Below are positions 54,930-64,000 of a stretch of DNA of 64,000 bases, in pieces (within the stretch, counting starts at the first letter, position 1; every line of letters begins with the position of its first letter). The notes beneath the pieces were generated by a model that did no database searches, was not told the DNA's origin, and saw only the letters and a program-made list of their open reading frames with translations. The translations under genes were made by a program, and so were the position numbers. The stretch is from a virus (Duplodnaviria > Caudoviricetes): positions 17,268 through 81,267 of IMG/VR virus record IMGVR_UViG_3300033074_000216; one strand, written 5' to 3'.

Positions 54930-57900
54930 TTAACATTGTATTTCTTCTATTAACTCACCTAATTTAGCTTGACTATATGGAGAAACACCTTCATTTTGTA
55001 TTGGAGGTAGTATACCATCATTTACCTTAGCTACTTCTTTAACTGGCTCCATAGCCATTGCTGGAATCAATTCAGTCAACATAAAGTGAATCATATCTTT
55101 CTCATCTTGATTACCTTCATTATTCCATACAGCATACCTTCCAGTTAACTCTTTTGGACTCCACTCAGCTGCTTCAAAACTATCACCAACGTAATACTGT
55201 TTAACCTTAGCTGGAGTATTAACTAAGTTTCTTCTAGAGTCATCAACTTCATTTAAAGTATCAAACGCTTTATTCATAGCTTTTTCAATACTTTCTTTAC
55301 TAACACTTTTCAGATTAAAGATTCTTTTTAAATCATTCTTTAATTCTTCTTTATCAGTTTGAGTCATTTCTTGCATATGTTGTCCAACTAATTGTTGAAT
55401 TTCTTTTCTAGCAACTTTTTCAACTGCAGTTCCAAGAACACTATGATTCATTAAGATATCGTAATACATTTGGTTAATAAACTTAACTTGTTCATTATTA
55501 GTTTCATAATCAGTTCCAAGTACTAAGGCATCAAAGATATTCAATACATCTTTAATATGTCCTTTAATCATTGTTGAACCATCAATACTATGAATATCAA
55601 TAACCCCTACAGCTCCAACATTCGATGTAATCATCTTAACAATCTGATTAACTTTAGATGGATTTACTATTTTACCAGAGTAGAATTTACTCATACCTTG
55701 AGTTAAGTTAACTGTAATAGTTTCACTAGAATGATTTGCATCTTGCTCAGTTTTAAAGTAATCTTGCATACCACCATTAGTATTATAACTTCCATAGTAA
55801 GTTCCCTCAGCTAATAATTTATCCTTAACTGCTTTCTCTTGCTCTTTAGTTAATTTACTATAATTTTCAGTACCAAACATATCTCTTGCTGCATTCTTAA
55901 ATGCTTGTTTACTAGCTAAGTAGTTAATATGATTAACAGCTTTGATTGCTTTTCTATACTCAGTAATAGGAGCAAACTCACTATTAAATGCAGTTTCTAA
56001 CTTAGAACCTATAGACTCATTAATAATCAATGTCATAGCATTTCTTAATCTATCATCTAAGTAATACTCACCATTTGCATCTTTCTCAATTCTACCAGTA
56101 TTTTTATTATAACTTTTTCTTTCAATCTTAAGTAATTCTCTTTGAACAATTCCAATAGCATTAGCTAACTTTCTATTCTTTTTATTCAGTGCAGATTCAA
56201 CACTACCTTGTTTAATAAAGATATCCATAGCTCTTACCATATCAGAAGGTTTCTTTAATTTAGTTACTATTCCCATAGCTAAATCATCACTACCTTTTAA
56301 TCCAATGTTATACATACTAGCTCCGTATGCAAATACCATTACTAATGGTTTTAAGAAACTTCTCCATTTCTTATCTGCTTTAGCTGTATCTTGTGTATTA
56401 CCTGTTACTAAGTAATTTACAACTTTATACAATTCAGACTCTTTCGTATCTGGATCTTCATTCATTGTTCTTGACGTATTTAATTCATCTACAAACTTAA
56501 CAGCAGGTGTTTGATAAAAGTCAACGCCACCTTTCTCTTTAAACTGTCCATGAGACTCAATAGTTTCACCATTTAGTGTATCATAACCATTTAAGTATGT
56601 TCCACATTTAATGTAATACCCAGCTGTTCTATCATTCAATCCAATTTGTGCTACTGTAGACATCATACCATTCGTAATACCATCTACTTCTAAAGCTAAG
56701 CTAGTTTCTAGTTTCTCACCATTAACAATCTTTTGAGCTAGTGCAATCCCTTGATAAACATGCATAATATGCTCTGGACTCACACCCATAACTTTGTTAA
56801 GAGCAGTTAAAACATCTTTACTTTTCATAACTTCTTTTAGTTTATCATCTTTAACTTTAACACTATACTTTCCATCGTTATCTAAACTAATATCAATATA
56901 ATCTTTTTTAAGCTTTTCAATTACAGTTTCATCTGTAAACTTATCTGGATCTAAATCTAATGCTTGTGCAAACCCTAGATTTATATTATTCAAATCTTTT
57001 TGTCTTTGAGCAATACTTTTCTCAGGTGAATCAACATTATTTCTCATATCTTTAGCAGACACAATAAATCTTGATAATTTACTATTTTGTGGATTAATCA
57101 TTCTATTATTCATCATACTTCTATTAGAAATAGTAAAGTCCCAATTAATATAGAATCCATTTCCATTAGCAATTTCGTATGCCATCATCATTCGTTCAAT
57201 ATCTAAATCATCAGCTTCATATTTAGCAATCGCACTTTCAATTTCATTAACATTTGTATTATTAATAAGATTTTCTTTAGTACCAATCATTGCTTTTTTC
57301 AATGCATCTAAATCTTTATTAAACTCAGTTTCCCACATTCTAACAAAATCATCACTAAACTTCCACTCAATACTATTTTGTCTATTTAAATAATCAATTT
57401 CTGAGTTACTCATAGGAACATCACTATTTCTACCAAGTTTCCCATATTCAAATGTTGTAGGTGTTAAACCAATCATACCATCTGTATGCTCTCTAGCATA
57501 CTCAAATATAATAGCACTATCTCCAACTTTTTTAAGTTGATTATCAGTTAGACCATCTAACATCATAACTCTGATTGGCATCTGTACATTTACAGGATCT
57601 TCTTCACCTTTAATATGTACTCCATCTTCAGTCATACCTGCTACTGTTTTTCTAATTTTAAAACTATCTTTAGTTTGACTATTAGCTAAGATATTATCAA
57701 CTACTATCATACCAAGCGCTTGAATTGCATCCATTCTATCTTGAGCAGTCTTAGTATCTAACTTAATCTCTAACTCTTCAAGTAATCTTCTACCAGCTTT
57801 ACTAGCATATGTAGCTATCGGAACTAAGTTACCTTTTCTAATCTCATTCTTTAACTTACTAATATCTCTATCTTTAGTTTCAGAATCTTCACTCCATAAT

Positions 57901-60900
57901 TTACCAAAAGCTCCTTCTACAAACTCATCAAGTTGTTCACCTTTAAGTCTTCTAGTATCTATCATATCAGCTAGTGTTAACATACTAGTGATATTTACTG
58001 CTTTCTCTACCATAGGAGTTATTGCTTCATCACTAAACAATTTATCTAAACCTAATCTACTTAATACAACTCTACTATCTTCAAGACTTTGAGTCATAAA
58101 TCTTTTAGTTATACCTTCAGTCTTATTATATTGAACTCTATCTCTTTCATATTGTCTTAATGCATTTATAGCTCCAGAAATTCTTTCTTCACTATTTTCT
58201 ATATTTCTAACAATTCTAGGCATAATAGCAGTGATATCTTCCCCATTGAATAATCTATTAGTTACACTTTTAACATCCGATCCATTTGGTTTAACTATGT
58301 CACCTAATGTACCAGTAATAGTATTCCTAAAGATATTTGCTGAATCAATCTGACTTTGATAATGACTAATTGTTTCTCTTAAAGATTTTATTCTATCTCT
58401 AGTCATATCAATTTGTTCTTTATCTAATCCCATAACAGCTAATCTATTATCTCTTTCCTCAACCATCTTTTTAACATCTTCTAAATTATATTCAGCATCT
58501 GTAATTTCATCTTGAACAGCTAATTTAGTTTCTGATAATGAATCTATATTTCTATCTAAGTTTCTTACTTCTTGTTCAATATAAGCTAAATCTCTTAATA
58601 CTTCTTGTCTATTCTTTTCTACTGCAAACTTACCAGTAGTTGCTAATTGAATCTTCTCACCTAACTTTTTTAATTGATTAAGTAATTTATTAATTAAACT
58701 TTTAGCTTCTTTAATAAGAATATAACTATATTTCATTCTTTGTTCAATAGATGTCTTCTCATCTTCAGCTTTATCAAGTTTTTCTTGAACTTTACTAGCT
58801 TTATTTCTTAAGTTAGTTAATTCATTATTATAACTTTCTAACATTCTATTAAGAACACCTAACTCTTTAGTAGCTAGTGATTTATCAGCAAGTAAACTTG
58901 CTATTCTCTTTTGATGTTCCCAAATACTACTATCAATATTTTTAATAATATCTTTAGCTTTCTTAATATCTTGTTGATTTTGTTCTCTAACTTTAAAAGG
59001 ATTTTTATCTTGGAATATCTCTTTATTCAATTCTTTATACTGATGAATTACACTTTCTAATTGACCTAATTCTTGTTTAGCATTATCAACTAAATGTTTA
59101 TAGAAATCAACATCATCATTCGATAATTTTCTTTCTTCAGTAGGTTTAACTTCTTCAACTGAAGTTTCTTCAGTAGTATCTGAACTTCCATCTTCAGTAT
59201 TCTCATCAACAGTATTTGAAGGAACTACTTCAACTGGTTCTTCTTGAGTCATAAAATCTTCAGGAATATCAAACTCAGTTTCATTTTCATCATATTTACC
59301 AGTATAATCATTAACATATTGATCTAGATGTTTATCTAGTAATTTATCATCATTCTTAAATACTTTACCTTGTTCAAATAACTTTTTATATAAATCTTTA
59401 TCATCTTCAGTAGTATTCTTACTATCTAATATCTCTTTTAAATTTCCTTGAGTATTATTTACAGAACTAATCATATGAGCTAATCTATCTTTAGAATCAG
59501 TATTATTAGTTTTAGCAATAGCTCTATTTAATAACTTTAATATCTTCTCATTATCTTCAAATGTAGTTTTAGCAAATGATTTAATTTCTCCAATACTTCT
59601 AACTCTAGTATTCTCACCACTTCTATCAAAGATATTTACTTTTCCTTGTCTAGAATTAGTAAATGTTTCTAACTCATCTAAAGTTCTTTGTGTATCTTCT
59701 TTATTAGCATTATCATTTAGTACATATGATAATAGATCATTAGCATGATCTTTAAGTGATTTATAACCTTTAGTTAAGAATCCAATACTTTCAATCTCTT
59801 TTCTAACTTCAGCAGCATTCTTTCTAGTATTTACTGTACCAGTTTCTTGACTACCTAATCTTTCTTGTCTAGCTTCTAAAGTTCCTTGAATATCATCAGC
59901 TAATTTAGTTAATGGTTCACTACCTAACTTTCTCATATTAGCTAATGTTTTTTCTAAGTTATCTAATTCTTCTTTAGTTAATAAACCTTTATCAGATAAA
60001 TCTTTAGTATTTACACCTTCATAAGCTAATCTTTGTCTTACTTCAGCAAACTTATTTTCAAGTTCTTCTTTATATCTTCTTGATGCTTCATTCTCAACTA
60101 ACTTATTACCTTTAAATGTATTTAACACAGAAGATAATAAACTATTAGTTCTTTCATCGTTAAACCAAGAATTACCTTCAGCATTCTTTTCTTTAGTTAA
60201 ATCCCATAAGTTTTTATATAGTTCAGCCTCAATATGTTTTTTACCTTCATCTGACCCAATATTGTTTAACTTAGCTAACTTATCTACTGTATCTGTAAAT
60301 ATCTTTACATTATCCTTAGCATACTCAGTACCTTCTTTTAACTTATCATCAGCCCAAATTTCTCCAGCATGTTTAGCAATATCGTGTGTCCAAGCAGCTT
60401 TAGCTTCTTCAGGTACATCTTTATATACTTCATCTGATTCAAATCTAGTTCTTCTACCAGATTGTGTAACACTCACTTTAGTCTCATCAGTATCTGCTAA
60501 GTTACCTAATTTATCATTAGCAACTTCTTTACCAGCTCTTAATGTATCAGCTATAGCTCCAGGTGCATGTAATGTACCAGCAGTAACTGCTCCAGCTCCC
60601 ATTGCGTCAGCAGTAGTTATACCTACATCTTCACTAATTTGTTGTTCAGGATTTACTTGTTGTAATCCAACATTCTGAATTGCTTTTCCACCACCTTCTT
60701 CAATACCTTCAGTCACTGACTCTCCAGCCATTCCTTTAAGTAATCCAGTAGCTCCAGTTAATTTTCCAGTTAACTTACTTTCAATAGCTTGTCCACCTGG
60801 CATATACTTATTAACACCAAAGCTAAGTAATCCTGAAGTTCCAGCAACTAATCTAGATAAATTTAATGCAATTTCTTTCTTAGCTTCCTCTGGTTCATGA

Positions 60901-62204
60901 CCAGCTTTTACTAAATCTTGATATTGTTCATTTTTATCCCAAAACTTTTGTGGTACTTTACTGAATCTAGAATACACTTCTTGACCCATATCTGCACCTT
61001 GTTGTACAGCAGCAGAAGTTAACATTCCAGTCGCAGCACTTATTCCAGTTCCTGCAGCCATAGCTTCTCCACCAGCTAATGCTACAACCATCATAGGAGC
61101 AGATTCAGTAACTAATTGAGCTAACATCATTGGATTATTTATATTCTCTTTAACACCAGTCATAAACTTGCCTAACTCTGTAGTTTGTTTGGCTACTTCT
61201 TCTTGTTTATGTTGGTTAACATTTTTTAATGCATCAGAATACTTCTCTTGATACCACTTGCTAGCAGCATCAGAAATTCTACTAACTTTATTATCCATAT
61301 CCCCCGTAGCTAATCCATAGATATCGCCTAAGTTCTTAGTTGCTTGTAATGAACCAGATACTACTTGTAATCCCGTATCCTTAATAGCATCTCCCCAGTT
61401 TCTACCTGTAGATTGGTTAACTAATTTAAGATACTCATTATAGGCATCTTCTTTGTTCTTTGGAATACCATTTTGAGTTTGTGCACTTATTTTAGTATCA
61501 GGTTGTGATAATTGACCAGCTCTGGCTAACTGTGAACTTTGATTTATTTTACCACTTTCATCTGTTAAGTAAGTAACAGGTCTTCCATGAGTCTTATCAT
61601 CCATAGTTTTCACTAATACAGGAATATTTAATGGGTTATCTTTACTACCTAACGGTACATTAGTATCATACTCTATAGGGCCTGGAGTCCATTCATTACC
61701 ACTTGCATCTTTAGGTCTACCAATCATATTATAAAGCATTTCTAATCTAGCTTTTTCACCTTCTCTAAATACATCTTTACTAGATGCTAAACCAAACTGT
61801 TGTCTTTGTTTATCAATTCTTGCTTGTTCTTTAGGAGTTTCACTAAATTTACCATGATACACTTCAGGAGCATCTACCCATCCAGCAGGATTATCAGGCA
61901 TTGTAGAATCACCCCCTAGTCTTCTACCTTTAGTATCACCAACTAGTAGTGGACTATCTGCATCAGGAATCTCTTGTAACATACCTTTAGTATACCCAGA
62001 TTTATCCATAGCATCAATATGTTGTGCAATTATTTGTCCTCTAGTTTGATTTAGAGTTTCTACTTTATCTTGAATTTTATTATTTAAATTGTCTATTTTA
62101 TTTTGTGGAGTAGTACTACCAGCGCTGAACGCTGTAGTTACATTACTTTGAGGGAGTGCAACGATACCATTTACCGCATTTGGGTTATAAGTTTCTATTG
62201 GCAT
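54930..62204 (-). CDS. Virion-encapsidated single-subunit RNA polymerase (N4 vRNAP-like)
   Basis: Motif A EVDGITNG, motif B RSFLKPLVMVFAYG, motif C NIFDA; 2424 aa; no Cys except near the C-terminal region; minus strand. Confidence 0.85.
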   Translation of the reverse strand: MPIETYNPNAVNGIVALPQSNVTTAFSAGSTTPQNKIDNLNNKIQDKVETLNQTRGQIIAQHIDAMDKSGYTKGMLQEIPDADSPLLVGDTKGRRLGGDSTMPDNPAGWVDAPEVYHGKFSETPKEQARIDKQRQQFGLASSKDVFREGEKARLEMLYNMIGRPKDASGNEWTPGPIEYDTNVPLGSKDNPLNIPVLVKTMDDKTHGRPVTYLTDESGKINQSSQLARAGQLSQPDTKISAQTQNGIPKNKEDAYNEYLKLVNQSTGRNWGDAIKDTGLQVVSGSLQATKNLGDIYGLATGDMDNKVSRISDAASKWYQEKYSDALKNVNQHKQEEVAKQTTELGKFMTGVKENINNPMMLAQLVTESAPMMVVALAGGEAMAAGTGISAATGMLTSAAVQQGADMGQEVYSRFSKVPQKFWDKNEQYQDLVKAGHEPEEAKKEIALNLSRLVAGTSGLLSFGVNKYMPGGQAIESKLTGKLTGATGLLKGMAGESVTEGIEEGGGKAIQNVGLQQVNPEQQISEDVGITTADAMGAGAVTAGTLHAPGAIADTLRAGKEVANDKLGNLADTDETKVSVTQSGRRTRFESDEVYKDVPEEAKAAWTHDIAKHAGEIWADDKLKEGTEYAKDNVKIFTDTVDKLAKLNNIGSDEGKKHIEAELYKNLWDLTKEKNAEGNSWFNDERTNSLLSSVLNTFKGNKLVENEASRRYKEELENKFAEVRQRLAYEGVNTKDLSDKGLLTKEELDNLEKTLANMRKLGSEPLTKLADDIQGTLEARQERLGSQETGTVNTRKNAAEVRKEIESIGFLTKGYKSLKDHANDLLSYVLNDNANKEDTQRTLDELETFTNSRQGKVNIFDRSGENTRVRSIGEIKSFAKTTFEDNEKILKLLNRAIAKTNNTDSKDRLAHMISSVNNTQGNLKEILDSKNTTEDDKDLYKKLFEQGKVFKNDDKLLDKHLDQYVNDYTGKYDENETEFDIPEDFMTQEEPVEVVPSNTVDENTEDGSSDTTEETSVEEVKPTEERKLSNDDVDFYKHLVDNAKQELGQLESVIHQYKELNKEIFQDKNPFKVREQNQQDIKKAKDIIKNIDSSIWEHQKRIASLLADKSLATKELGVLNRMLESYNNELTNLRNKASKVQEKLDKAEDEKTSIEQRMKYSYILIKEAKSLINKLLNQLKKLGEKIQLATTGKFAVEKNRQEVLRDLAYIEQEVRNLDRNIDSLSETKLAVQDEITDAEYNLEDVKKMVEERDNRLAVMGLDKEQIDMTRDRIKSLRETISHYQSQIDSANIFRNTITGTLGDIVKPNGSDVKSVTNRLFNGEDITAIMPRIVRNIENSEERISGAINALRQYERDRVQYNKTEGITKRFMTQSLEDSRVVLSRLGLDKLFSDEAITPMVEKAVNITSMLTLADMIDTRRLKGEQLDEFVEGAFGKLWSEDSETKDRDISKLKNEIRKGNLVPIATYASKAGRRLLEELEIKLDTKTAQDRMDAIQALGMIVVDNILANSQTKDSFKIRKTVAGMTEDGVHIKGEEDPVNVQMPIRVMMLDGLTDNQLKKVGDSAIIFEYAREHTDGMIGLTPTTFEYGKLGRNSDVPMSNSEIDYLNRQNSIEWKFSDDFVRMWETEFNKDLDALKKAMIGTKENLINNTNVNEIESAIAKYEADDLDIERMMMAYEIANGNGFYINWDFTISNRSMMNNRMINPQNSKLSRFIVSAKDMRNNVDSPEKSIAQRQKDLNNINLGFAQALDLDPDKFTDETVIEKLKKDYIDISLDNDGKYSVKVKDDKLKEVMKSKDVLTALNKVMGVSPEHIMHVYQGIALAQKIVNGEKLETSLALEVDGITNGMMSTVAQIGLNDRTAGYYIKCGTYLNGYDTLNGETIESHGQFKEKGGVDFYQTPAVKFVDELNTSRTMNEDPDTKESELYKVVNYLVTGNTQDTAKADKKWRSFLKPLVMVFAYGASMYNIGLKGSDDLAMGIVTKLKKPSDMVRAMDIFIKQGSVESALNKKNRKLANAIGIVQRELLKIERKSYNKNTGRIEKDANGEYYLDDRLRNAMTLIINESIGSKLETAFNSEFAPITEYRKAIKAVNHINYLASKQAFKNAARDMFGTENYSKLTKEQEKAVKDKLLAEGTYYGSYNTNGGMQDYFKTEQDANHSSETITVNLTQGMSKFYSGKIVNPSKVNQIVKMITSNVGAVGVIDIHSIDGSTMIKGHIKDVLNIFDALVLGTDYETNNEQVKFINQMYYDILMNHSVLGTAVEKVARKEIQQLVGQHMQEMTQTDKEELKNDLKRIFNLKSVSKESIEKAMNKAFDTLNEVDDSRRNLVNTPAKVKQYYVGDSFEAAEWSPKELTGRYAVWNNEGNQDEKDMIHFMLTELIPAMAMEPVKEVAKVNDGILPPIQNEGVSPYSQAKLGELIEEIQC

Positions 62205-62269
62205 TTGTAGTCCTTAAGTGTAAATTTTGATATATTATATCGTGTTTACACTTAAGTTACGTTGAAGTT

Positions 62270-64000
62270 TTATCTTAGATTTTGTATAAATTTAACAATA
62301 TCTGTTCTTAATTCAGGATACTTATTAGCTATTGCTAATAAACTATCTTTAGTTTGCTGTACTTGTCCAGCATTAATATGTGGACTTCTTAATGTACTCA
62401 TTAATTCAGTTGTTTTTTCAATAGCATTTTTACCAACATTACTTGTAGTAAAAGCAACAGGTGCATCTGCTAATGCAGGCAATAATGAAACTAATGGAGC
62501 AGACGCAGCAACAATAGGTGCCATAGGCCCAGCTACATCTCCAATTCTATTAGTAGAACTTCTTTCAAGATTCCATTCATCTCTAGTTTTACCACCAATT
62601 TTAGTACTTTCAGGCATATTAGTTAATGCTCTATAATTTCTATCAGCTATTAGATAATTACTTTCTTCAGTAGTAGGTCCTTGATTTTTACCAGAGAGTA
62701 TATCAGCATATTTAACTAATGGAGCATTAGGATTATCCTGTCTAATTCGTTCAATTAAAGAATCAGATTCTGGTGTAGCAGGAACTTGATTTTTAGCATC
62801 TGCATTAAATACAGTATTCCTAATAGCATTCCCACTTTCATTTACTTTAAGTCCATCTGGAGTCTGAGTAAGTAATGCATCCCTATTAGTTTGAATATTC
62901 TTTTGTTCCATAGCTGGTGTTATATTCTTTGAAAGTGAAGCCATATCATACCCAAGCTTTAACTTGTCTTCATCAACTTTTCCACCTTCTTGTTTAGCTA
63001 TAATCTTCATTAATGGAAAGACATCAGAATCTGTAATTTTTTCATTAGGATTTTTACCTAAGGCTTTTGATACTTGTTTAATATAAGCATCTGTATCATT
63101 TTCACTTTTAGGAGCATATTTATTCATATATGATTCAATACTATTACCAACAGCACCATTATATAAATTCTTAGCCAAAGCTCTTGAACCTAGTTCATAT
63201 GTTTGAAATCTAACAAACTTACCATCATCCCCAATTTTACCTAACCAATTATCCCTTGTTGTAACTAAGTTACCTGGGTTATTATTTTTATCAGCTAATG
63301 TATTTCCTGTTCCTGGGGCACTTGAAGTACTACTACTTGTTGTTTGTGGAGATGTACTTGATGGTGTAGGAGCACTCTCACTACCACCTAGTACTTGCAT
63401 TAATCTATCTTTAGCACTCATTTGAGCTATAGACCTAGCAGATTCAGGAGTATACACTCTAGCAATCCCAGGCATTCCATATGTAGGAGCCTCAGGAGCA
63501 CCTGATCCAAATTGATTTTGTATCTCACTCAATGGTTTTTCACCAGCTAATGCTTTATCAAATCTATCTAACGAAACATCTCTTCTACCCACATCCCATT
63601 CTAATAACCTAACTGGTTCATCAATACCTGATGCTGCTAATGCATTATTAACTGCTCTAGCTCCGTATTTAGTGAAAGCTGCATCTAATCTCTTAGCTAA
63701 TTCATCTTCATTTCCAGCTTTAGTATATACTTTTTCATATGCTTTAGACTTATCTTGACCACCGATTATTCCACCAGTTCCACCTCCAGTAGTTCCTCCA
63801 GCAGCACCCATTCCTTTATAAAGCATTTCCATCTTAGTTTTATATTTATCTAGTTCATCTTTATAAGCTTCTCGTTTAAACTTTTCAAGTTCTAATGTAT
63901 CTTTAAATCTATTTTGTTCATTTGCTGTAGCTTTCTCAGCTTGTGTATTTAAGAATTGTTGATATTCAGGAATACTTTGATATTTAGCACCTTCCATTTG
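62270..64000 (-). CDS. Internal virion protein with lysozyme-like domain (probably 5'-truncated by the window edge)
   Basis: NNNPGNL...FVRF...G.RAL...KYAPKSENDTDAY motif; minus strand; frame appears open to the window end. Confidence 0.7.
   Translation of the reverse strand, partial: QMEGAKYQSIPEYQQFLNTQAEKATANEQNRFKDTLELEKFKREAYKDELDKYKTKMEMLYKGMGAAGGTTGGGTGGIIGGQDKSKAYEKVYTKAGNEDELAKRLDAAFTKYGARAVNNALAASGIDEPVRLLEWDVGRRDVSLDRFDKALAGEKPLSEIQNQFGSGAPEAPTYGMPGIARVYTPESARSIAQMSAKDRLMQVLGGSESAPTPSSTSPQTTSSSTSSAPGTGNTLADKNNNPGNLVTTRDNWLGKIGDDGKFVRFQTYELGSRALAKNLYNGAVGNSIESYMNKYAPKSENDTDAYIKQVSKALGKNPNEKITDSDVFPLMKIIAKQEGGKVDEDKLKLGYDMASLSKNITPAMEQKNIQTNRDALLTQTPDGLKVNESGNAIRNTVFNADAKNQVPATPESDSLIERIRQDNPNAPLVKYADILSGKNQGPTTEESNYLIADRNYRALTNMPESTKIGGKTRDEWNLERSSTNRIGDVAGPMAPIVAASAPLVSLLPALADAPVAFTTSNVGKNAIEKTTELMSTLRSPHINAGQVQQTKDSLLAIANKYPELRTDIVKFIQNLR

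Noticed and set aside
60262-62636. Plus-strand ORFs 60262..60678 and 62262..62636
   Set aside because: Antisense to the vRNAP and internal virion genes; shadow frames
51282-63997. Track labels ORFs 51282..54920, 54930..62204 and 62270..63997 (also 49968..50303) as + strand
   Set aside because: Their translations match the reverse complement (for example MPIETY from ...gtttctattggcat at 62204); the three large ones are reported on -, and 49968..50303 is treated as a shadow ORF
1-64000. Alternative genetic code (stop reassignment)
   Set aside because: Core genes are intact under code 11, all three stops are used, and there is no clear suppressor tRNA

Overview
AT-rich window of a lytic dsDNA phage genome of N4-like (Schitoviridae-related) type. 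About 51 kb of + strand early/middle genes converge on three large - strand virion genes, one of which is a 2424-aa single-subunit virion RNA polymerase. The + strand part carries a T7-type family A DNA polymerase, primase/helicase, a Sak4-like recombinase, SSB, a Cas4-like exonuclease, a UvrD helicase, HU, ThyX, NrdAB (nrdA is split by a group I intron encoding an HNH nuclease), NAD+ salvage genes (NAMPT-like, PRS-like, NMNAT), RNA repair enzymes, TerD/DUF475 and three clusters of tRNA and tRNA-like genes. The host may be a Campylobacterota bacterium; this is a weak inference from composition, ThyX/RNR style and an extended -10 promoter. Two candidate undescribed systems stand out. (1) A retron-type reverse transcriptase (26975-27793) starts 4 nt after an E1(ThiF)/E2-like/JAB ubiquitin-like gene block, and a retron-like msr/msd RNA lies downstream of it (27802-28005, 26-bp terminal repeat, unpaired G at 27828). 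(2) A family of hairpin-enclosed small RNAs with a conserved (A)CAGCAA motif, most displaying a tRNA anticodon stem-loop mimic, forms a five-copy array (12954-13426) directly upstream of a DUF2828/TROVE-vWA (Ro60-like) gene. The same motif is inserted in tRNA-like genes near 9.2-9.8 kb. Note: the supplied ORF track labels the three large terminal ORFs '+', but their translations read from the - strand. All family assignments come from visual motif recognition, not database searches.
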